Of a stretch of DNA of 64,000 nucleotides, positions 54,545 to 64,000 are shown piece after piece. Source of the DNA: Octopus sinensis (taxonomy: Eukaryota); NCBI RefSeq assembly GCF_006345805.1, contig NC_043017.1:19778001-19842000 (forward strand). Reading direction: 5' to 3'. The notes beneath the pieces were generated by a model that saw nothing but the letters and a program-made list of their open reading frames with translations, did no database searches and was not told where the DNA came from. Position 1 is the first letter of the stretch, and every line of letters starts with the position of its first letter. The translations under genes and the position numbers were made by a program.

Positions 54545-54857
54545 TCACGTGATCACGTGACCGACCAGGCTATCAGATGTTGTTACACATCGCTGGTCAC
54601 AATGCGCTTCGCATTGTTTTAGCCTTCAAATGATACCACCCCGCTGGCTAAGCGAGCAGGCCAACAGAAGAAAGAGTGAAAGAAAGTTGTGGCGAAAGAG
54701 TACAGCAGGGATCGCCACCACCCCCTGCCGGAGCCTCGTGGAGCTTTAGGTGTTTTCGCTCAATAAACACTCACAACGCCCGGTCTGGTCTGGGAATCGA
54801 AACCGCGATCCACGACCGCGAGTCCGCTGCCCTAACCATGGGCCATTGCGCCTCCAC
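54545..54857 (-). mobile_element. Full-length SINE family B (head B + tail b2)
   Basis: Reverse complement of the 40293 type; ends in the palindrome TCACGTGATCACGTGA. Confidence 0.9.
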
Positions 54858-54859
54858 AC

Positions 54860-54922
<63 letters not shown>

Positions 54923-55293
54923 GAGAGAGAGAGCGAGAGAGATTTAAGGTATTTACAAAATGAGATTAATGCTAACACACACACACACACACACACACAT
55001 TCAACAACTGCATAATTAGGCAAACGTTAAAGAGTAATTATATAACACGGCAATTAGGCTTGATAAGTCAGTGTTGCAACCTTCACCTTGGTGGAGGCTG
55101 TAAGTCTCAACTCCCTTTTTTCTCCCCTTTTTTTTTATGGCTGAATCTAAAGAATGGCCAAAGCTCGTGATCTTTACATGAGATGGGAGAGATCAATACA
55201 TTTTGCTCATGTGATTGATTAAAGCAATCAACACGGTAAGTATCTGCAACTCACCATCTCTGTCTGTCTGTCTGTCTCTCTCTATGTGCAATG

Positions 55294-55356
<63 letters not shown>

Positions 55357-56224
55357 TTTTGAGCAACAAGCTCTGGCATGTCCTTCCATTTCAAGGAAGT
55401 CAGGGTGGGAACTAGGTGGATTTGGCTACTTTTACTAGCAGACCATATGACCACACTGTGGTTACCCCATTAGCTCACTCATTCTCTCTCTCTCTTTGTG
55501 TACAAATCGTGAAACTAGAACCTTTACTTATGCCTTATGCATCCACTTTGCATGCACACGGAATGTAAACTGCATTTTGCTTTAAAAACTCTGAGTCTAT
55601 ATACATAATACCGACCAACCAACCCACATATCAACCAACCTACCTTCGTACCTACACACACACACACAGAAACACACCCATGCAGGTACACACACATACA
55701 CACACACACACTATACATATCAAGCATATTTATATATATTACATTTAAATATATTACATATTCTGTATGTTTTATATGTATATTTTATAAATTAAACACA
55801 TATATATATATATATAAATATAAAACATACACATTATGTATATTACATGTTATTCATACATCTCCGTATACAAACATACATACATTTATATATATATATA
55901 TTTACATTTATACATACACTCACACACACACACACATACATACACACCACACACACATATATATATATACATACACACACATATATACATACACACACAC
56001 ACATATATATACATACATACACACACACACAGTGAATGGAAAGTTGACGTACCTTGCATTATATAATTATTTGCTATTGATACCTGAAGCATGTTCCAGA
56101 AAACGTGTTGTATTTTGGTTGAGGTGTGGGGTCAGGGGATGAGTGAGGGGTGGGGAGAGAAGGGCCCACATAATCTTGTCCCTGACTCTGTATTTTGAAT
56201 TGAAATTTAATTAACAAGCTATTT

Positions 56225-56262
<38 letters not shown>

Positions 56263-56269
56263 CATAATA

Positions 56270-56780
56270 ATGTTAAATCCTTTCTACTATGAGCAGAAGG
56301 CCTGAAAATGCATTGACCCCAGTGTATGACTGGTACTTCTTTTATTGACCCTGATTGGATGAAAGGTAAAGTTGACCTCAGTGGAATTTGAACACAAAAT
56401 GTAAAAATGGATGAAATGCCACTGAGAATTTTTCCCAAAGTGCTAATGATTCTGTCAGTTCACTGCCTAATAATAATAATAATGATAATATAATAATCAT
56501 AATAATAATAATAATAATAATAATATAATAATAATAATAATAATAATCATAATAATGTTAAATCCTTTCTACTATGAGCAGAAGCCTGAAAATGCATTGA
56601 CCCCAGTGTATGACTGGTACTTCTTTTATGACCCTGATTGGATGAAAGGTAAAGTTGACCTCAGTGAATTTGAACACAAAATGTAAAAATGGATGAATGC
56701 CACTGAGAATTTTTCCCAAAGTGCTAATGATTCTGTCAGTTCACTGCCTAATAATAATAATAATGATAATCATAATAATC

Positions 56781-56818
<38 letters not shown>

Positions 56819-57005
56819 CCTTTCTACTATAGGCACAAGGCCTGAAATTTTTGGGGAGAGGACTAGTCGATTACATTGACCCCAGTGTTTCACTGGTTAC
56901 TTAATTTATTGACCCCACCAAAAGGATGAAAGGCAAAGTCAACCTCGGTGGAATTTGAACTCAGAACATAGTGGCAGATGAAATACTGCTAAGCATTTCG
57001 CCCAG
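56270..57005 (-). mobile_element. Three tandem SINE D1 copies; the first two are near-identical duplicates
   Basis: GTTAAATCCTTTCTACTATGAGCAGAAG at 56272 and 56556. The differences are mainly single-base deletions. Confidence 0.85.
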
Positions 57006-57129
57006 TACCAAAATAGAAGAGACTGATAGTATAAAATTTTATGTAAATTGTGAGAATTTTTATATGGAAACTTGTATGTGAATAACATAACATTCAGTGT
57101 TTGAACTCATTAAAGGAAGCGAGCAAAAA

Positions 57130-58100
57130 GGAACAGAGATAACTGTGTGTATGTGTGGTTATATGAATGTATGTATGGGTGCATGTGTATGTATGTGTGT
57201 ATGGATGTATGTGTGTATGTATGAATGAATATGTGTATGTGTATGTGTACATGGATGTGTGGGTGTGTATGGATGTATGTGTGTATGTATGTGTGTGCAT
57301 GTGTATGTATGTGTGTGCATGTGTATGTATGTGAGAATATGTGTGTTTAAGTATGTATGCATGGGTGCATGTGTATGTATGTGAGAATATGGGTGTGTAA
57401 GTATGTATGCATGGGTGCATGTGTATGTATGTGTGTGTGTATGTATGTGTGTATGTATGTATGCGTATGTGTATGCGTATGTGTGTGTATGCATATGCAT
57501 ATGTGTGTGTATGCATGTGTGTACATGGATGTGTGGGTGTGTATGGATGTATGTGTGTATGTATGCGTATGCATGGGTGCATGTGTATGTATGTGCATAT
57601 ATGGCTGTGTAAGTGTGTATGGATGTATGTGTGCATGTATGCGTATGCCTGAGTGTGTATGAATGTATGTATATGCATCAGTGTGTGTGTATGTATGCGT
57701 GTATGTATGCCTGTGCAAATATGCAGATGTGTATGTATATGTATGTGTGTTTGTGTGTGTGTGAGTATGCATATGTAAGTATGCTTGTGTGTGTCTGTGG
57801 GTGAGATGTACATATGTGCTTATAGATGTATTTCTGTGGAATTATGTGTACGTGTGTATGTATACACGTGTGTATTTATAATAATGCATGTGTGTGCATA
57901 TGTCTACAAGTATTATGTGTATGTATGCTTGTGTGTGTATGAGGGGTAGATGTATATGTGTGCATATGTGTAAATGTGCATACATGTGTGCATGTGTGTG
58001 TGTGTGTGTGTAAGTATGTCTACAAGTTTGCGTATGTATGTATGCCTGCATGCATGTATGGGGTAGACATAAGTATGTTTGTATGTGTGTATATATGAAT
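57130..58100. repeat. Compound (TG/TATG/TGCA) microsatellite
   Basis: Directly visible. The ORFs are repeat translations. Confidence 0.93.
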
Positions 58101-58711
58101 GCCAGAGTCTTTGAATAGGCCAGAAAATTTGTCAGCTTTGCAAGATTCTAATAAGCAATATTTATGTAAAATTGAATGGAAGGGGAAATAAAAAGAAAAA
58201 AAATCCAAAAAACTAAAAACAAAAAGAAAACAAAAAGAAGCAAACAAAAAACAAAAAAAAAAAACCTGAACATACAAATTTGGAACCTAAACCAAAATTG
58301 GATCTATTCAATTTTTCAATGGTGAATCAATAATTATTTAGTCAACGAGGGCTGGTGGAGCAACGTTTATATAGAAATGTGGCCTTTAATGTCTCTGCAA
58401 CCTCGACACTTGGTTCTTCTTATGCTTAAAGTACATGGCACTCTTCCTGGCTTTGGTATTGTTTGAATTTAAAATCTTGAACAGGCCCCAAATATTGTAC
58501 CATGTTTTATGCTCAAACCAGCCAGATTCAGCCTCTTACACCTGCCCAACAATGTCATTCTGAACCACTAGAGCAGCATATGTTTTGAGAGAGATTCAAC
58601 TGTTATTTCTAGCTGGTTCAGATACTATGTAGAAATTACCTTGTAAGCTCATCAGAAATTACTAGGCAGTCGATTGAAGTAGAACTCCAGATATTACTGG
58701 TACTTCATTTC

Positions 58712-59103
58712 ATGGCTGTATGGGAAGAAGCTTGTTTCCCAAATACATGGTTCTGGGTTCAGTCCCACTGCATGGCACCTTTGGCAAGTGTCTTCTACTA
58801 AAGCCTCAAGCTGACCAAAGCCTTGTGAGTGGATTTGGTAGACGGAAACTGAAAGAAGCCTGTTGTATATATATGAGTGTATGTGTGTGAGTGTGTGTGT
58901 GTGTGTTTGTTCTCCACCATTGCTTAGCTGGTGGCAGTGTGTTTATGCCCCCTGTAACTTAGCAGTTCAGCAAAAGTTATCGATAGAACAAGTACTAGGC
59001 TTTAAAAAATAAGTCCAAGGATCGATTTGTTTGACTAAAACCCTTGAAGGCAGTGCCCCAGAATGGCCACAGTCAAATGGCTGAAATGAGTAGAAGGTAA
59101 AAG
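58712..59103 (+). mobile_element. SINE family A
   Basis: GGGTTCAGTCCCACTGCATGGCACCTTTGGCAAGTG...GGCCACAGTCAAATGGCTGAAA. Confidence 0.85.
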
Positions 59104-59744
59104 ACAATGGCAGGAAGGATACAAAAAGAAAGAGGAAAAAAAAAAGCCGAAAATCTCGACACGCCCTTAGTGAGATTTGAACCCAGAACAGAAAGAGGAA
59201 CATTAACATAATACATCAAGGTATTTCTGTCTCTGTTACTCTGCCGACAGCACCATTCCATCATCCTGAGAATTATTGATGCACCAAACACTGGAAGCAA
59301 GCACTGAGGAACCGTATGAATGGTGTTAATTATTGAATTCAATGTTTGTATTCAATAAAACGCATGCCCTCCCCATCCCCCCCCGACACCATACCCCACC
59401 ACCACAACACCCGGTCCCCCCACTACCACCACCACCACCGTTATAGTAGCTGAGTCAATATGATATTATCATATTTCCTTTCAACAACATCACTTAATGT
59501 CATCTATCGAGAAAACTACACCCACCCGGGGTATCACATCCATTCCCACTCACCACCACCACTACTACACGCCCACACACATGCAAACACAGAGACACAC
59601 AGACATTGTTTGATACCCTTATCGAACATCACATCACACAAACACAACTCTCTGGGAGACCTACTTTGGTTTATGTTGTAACGACCACCAAAATATTACA
59701 TCACAGTTTACTATTACTACTGCTGCTAATAATAATAATAATCT

Positions 59745-60088
59745 TTTCTATAATAGGCACAAGGCCTGAAATTTGTAGGAAGTGGGGTTAACTGATTACA
59801 TCGACCCCAATGTTTCACTGGTACTCAATTTATCGACCCAAAAAGGATGAAAGGCAAAGGATACAAAAAGAAAGAGAAAAGGAATTGGCGGAATTTGAAC
59901 TCAGAATGTAGTGGCAGATGAAATACCTATTTCTTTACTACCCACAAGGGGCTAAACACAGAGAGGACAAACAAGGACAGACACACAGATTAAGTCGATT
60001 ATATCAACCCCAGTGCGTAACTGGTACTTATTTAATCGACTCCGAAAGGATGAAAGGCAAAGTCGACCTCGGCAGAATTTGAACTCAG
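59745..60088 (-). mobile_element. Compound SINE D (D2 + D1), head replaced by a family F copy
   Basis: Same GAAATACC|TATTTCTTTA junction as at 37385. Confidence 0.8.
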
Positions 60089-60445
60089 AAGTAGTGGGGG
60101 AGCATCATAGCCATGTGTTGAAAAAAATTCTTTGGAATTTGGATAATTCACCTTTGGAAACATGGCTGGTTCGTTCAACATCCTTAAACAATCCTTATTC
60201 AGGGACTTTTTTAGCGGATGGGCTACTCAACCTAAAGAAAATTCTAACTGGGCCCCACCTGCAAGGTCATGCGCTGCTTATCTTGATATGAGATCACCAT
60301 GTCGCGCACACATGGTTGTGATGCATTTGTCTGGTGTACCCTTATCAGACGGGTAGTCAGGATAGGTATACTGGGCTTCATATATTTGTACCCCAGTGTT
60401 ACTTTGATGGTATGCACTGCCCTCTCACTCAATAACAATAATATT
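60088..60445 (+). mobile_element. Family F, 5'-truncated
   Basis: AACTGGGCCCCACCTGCAAGGTCATGCGCTG...CCCTTATCAGACGGGTAG, as at 37020-37130. Confidence 0.8.
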
Positions 60446-61087
60446 AAGGGCTTCTGATTTGGATACAAGGCTACCAAATTCAAGCAATTTCAAGCTGAGT
60501 TCTTGAATGGTATTTTATTTTTTATTGGCCCTGGTGGGATGAAAGTCAAAGTTGCCTTTGACAGGATTTGAACTCACAATATAAAGAGCAGGTACAAATA
60601 CAAGGCAAATCATTCTAAAGCTCTAACAGTTACCCCAATTTACAACCCTAATAAAAGTAATAATAATAATAATCATAATAATAATAATAATTGTATGTGT
60701 GTGAATATATTTTCTAAGATGAAATTTTCAAATGATTTTTTTTCTAATTAAAACTTAATTATTATCAATGTATTCTGATTAATACAGAGATGTTAAAAGA
60801 AAGAGAGAGGGGGGGGAGAAAGAGAGAGGGAGGAAAGGGTGGGAGGAGAGAAAGAGAGAGAAGGAGAGGATGAGACAGGTAAAGTAAAAGTGTCACTAGG
60901 CATTTAACTATACCCACAACCACGTTTCATAAGATATAGGGGTATAGCATGAAACATTGCATGTGGGGTGGAGGAGAGAGAGAAATAGAGAATGGAGAGA
61001 GAAAATGTGAAAGAAATGGATAGCTTTTATTAATGAATATAAAGTATAATGCAAATAGGATCATATATATATGTGTGTGTATATGTA

Positions 61088-61132
<45 letters not shown>

Positions 61133-62204
61133 GCCAACACATGCCAGCATGGAAAACAAATAATAAATGATGATGATACATATACCTCTCTCTCTCTCTC
61201 TCTCTCTCTATCTATATATATATATATATATATATATAGATATATAGATAGATAGATACACACACACACGTGTGTGTGTGTGCTAAGACATATAAGTGCA
61301 ACAATATAAACATACACATGTGTATGTATGTATAATGTATATATATATATATGTATATATATGTTTGTGTGTGCTTGCATGTGTATATATATATACACAT
61401 GCAAGCACACACAAACATATTACACATACATATTTATAGAGGCACACATAATACATACATACATATGTACATACATGCATAGATACATCTTTTTATACAT
61501 CCACACACACAGGTATACAAGTACATATACATATATATATATATGAATGACAGGAAATCACACACACACACTGATGCTGTAGATGACGAAGAGGGAAGTC
61601 TATTTTTAGATATTATATCATAACAGTAACTTCAATTCCTCACGTGCACTTCCAGTTGAAGATGATGATGTGATGATGATGATGACAGCAGTATATGAAG
61701 GTGACTGAAATGGCTATGATGATGATGATGATGATGATGATGATGGCAAACACACACACACACATGCATGCACGCACATAAACACATGCACACAAACACT
61801 GCAGAGGTTTATTCGTAAGAAATGCTTCATGTTGTGGGCACAAAACATCGATACTCTCATTTTTTATTTGTTTGTTTGCTGCTGCTGCTGCTACTACTAC
61901 TACTACTGTTAACACCACCCCCACCTTCACTATGATCATTACTATTATTACTACCACCACCAGAACTACTACTACTACTACTAATAATAATAATACTGCT
62001 GGGAAACCTCTATGCAGTCACTAGATGTGCTAGAAATAACAGCCGCAAATCCCTCAAATTGTATCCTGCCATCTACAAAAAGAAAGAAAAACAAGAAAAA
62101 AAGCGGGACATATTGAATGATGTGGCTTTATGCCATAAGGAAAGAGAGGGGTCATATAATCGTTGGCTTAAAGGCTTTTTTTCTTTTCAAATATGGAGAA
62201 CAGT

Positions 62205-63690
62205 AAGCTGGAAAGAAGTACAGGGGCCCATTTTAATCAACTGTTCCCATGCCCTACAAAATTAGTGCCCTTAGAAACCTTACCTTAAAATTCTACATTT
62301 TCGGAACTAGTTAAATAGCAGGGTCCAGTTCAATCAACTATCCCCTACTCCATACAAAATTGGTTCCCTTCTATGCATGATACCTTAAAAACTCATATTT
62401 TAAGTACCATGTATGTACTGAGGCCTGGTTTTATTAACTTCACCCCTCTCCATAAATTTGGTACCCTTCAATGTTATTTAATAACTCTATGCTGTGAGGT
62501 GTATGAAGGTGCATGGCTTAGGGGTTAGGGTATTCGGCTGACAATCATAAGGTTGTGAGTTTGATTCCTGGTGATGCCCTGTGTTCTTGAGCAAGGTACT
62601 TCACTTCAAATTGCTCCAGTCCATTCAACTGGCAAAAAGGAGTAGTACTTGTATTTAAAAGGGTCAGCCATGATAAATTCTGCATCACGTTGAATCTCCC
62701 CAAGAATTAAGTTAAGGGTACGTGTGTCTGTGGCAGAAACATTAGCACGTTGGGCGAAATGCTTAGCAGTATTCCGTCTGCTGGTACGTTCTGAGTTCAA
62801 ATTCTGTCAAGGTTGACTTTGCCTTTCATCCTTTCGGGGTCGATTAAATAAGTACCAATTATGCACTGGGGTCAATATAATCGACTTAATCCGTTTGTCT
62901 GTCCTTGTTTGACCCCTCTGTGTGTAGTCCCTTGTGGGCAGTAAAAAAATAAGAGATGTTAGCATGGCGGGCAAAATGCTTAGCAGTATTTCGTCTTTCT
63001 TCACGTTCTGAGTTCAAATTCTGCCAAGATTGACTTTACCTTTTATCCTTTCAGGGTCGAAAAATTAAGTACCAGTTGCATACTGGGGTCGATCTAATTA
63101 ACTGCCCCCTCCCCCTAAAATTTCAGGCCTTGTGCCTAGAGTAGAAAAGTATTTCATGAGCAGAGCCCTTATCGGACCCGATGAAGTGCCAGTTATTGTG
63201 AGATGTAGTCAGGTGTTCATTACTGAATATGTCCCTTGTATGAATGTTACCTTAAAAACTTATATTTTAAGTACCAGGTAAGTTCTGGGGTTCCCTTTAA
63301 TCAACGAAGCCCTTCTCAATAAAATTGGTGCCCTTACAAGTCTATATTCTGAGAACAAGTAGTAGGGTTCACTTTAATCAACTACAGTCCTTCTAACAAA
63401 CTTGACTTTTTTTGTAAGTAAATTGTCTTAAAAACCTATATTCTAAGTACCAGGTAAGCACTGGGATCGTATTTATTCGACCACGCCCCTCTCAATAAAA
63501 TCGGCACCCATAGAAACCTACATTCTGAGAACTAGTTAAGTAATAGGATCCAGTTTAATCAACTGTAGTCCCTCTCACAAACTTGGCTCCTTTATATGTA
63601 CATTGCCTTAGAAACCTATATTTTTAGTACCAGATATGTTCTGGGGGCCACGATTTAATTGACCATGCTCCTCTCTACAAAATTTATGTC
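62205..63690 (+). repeat. Degenerate ~90/180-bp satellite interrupted by SINE C (about 62505-62735) and SINE D2+D1 (about 62738-63150)
   Basis: CTTA(A/G)AAAC.TATATT.T.AGTACCAG recurs near 62385, 63253, 63428 and 63608. Confidence 0.75.
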
Positions 63691-64000
63691 TTTGGGTGTG
63701 ATTTTCTAAATATATATTGTGAAGTACAGCCATTGGTTTGTCGTAGCATCGAGTTGATGGTGAATTATATAATTACAGTTTGCTGGAAGGAAACAAAACC
63801 AAACTTTGGCTGGAATTAATTGTGAGCTGAGAACATTTTCTATTTACTTCAAGAGTATCTTTTTCTACCTAAGTCTTCCAGCAACCAAAACAACCAAAAT
63901 ATCCTTTTAACAATTTTGGCTCAGTGGAAGAATTATAGTTCTCCATAATGAAGCTACATTGGTATTTGGAAACACTTTTATACACACACACACACACAAA

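Noticed and set aside
57130-57830. Many TGCATG/CATGCA (Rbfox-like) motifs
   Set aside because: Expected by chance from TG/CA/TA microsatellite composition, and far from any supported exon.

Overview
AT-rich animal genomic DNA, most likely a coleoid cephalopod (Octopus-like). That taxon call is an inference from the extreme microsatellite load and the tRNA-headed SINE families, not a database result. The window appears to be almost entirely intronic. The only well-supported coding feature is a single 2,344-bp minus-strand exon (27103-29446) of a Neuron navigator gene (NAV2/unc-53/sickie family), with canonical AG/GT boundaries. A possible internal alternative first exon (3749-3792) has a donor phase matching the big exon. 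The rest is microsatellites, minisatellites, several modular SINE families (labelled A-F here, my own labels), decayed LINE 3' ends (RTE/BovB-like, R4/Dong-like), Tc1/mariner remnants, Penelope-like pieces and a 100-N gap. Nearly all long ORFs in the supplied track are translations of simple repeats. I did not find a clearly new biological system. The best leads are the alternative first exon, an SxIP motif cluster, SINE head/tail shuffling, a SINE-derived satellite, a locally templated insertion and a decayed hammerhead ribozyme. Repeat boundaries are read by eye and approximate unless a TSD is quoted.
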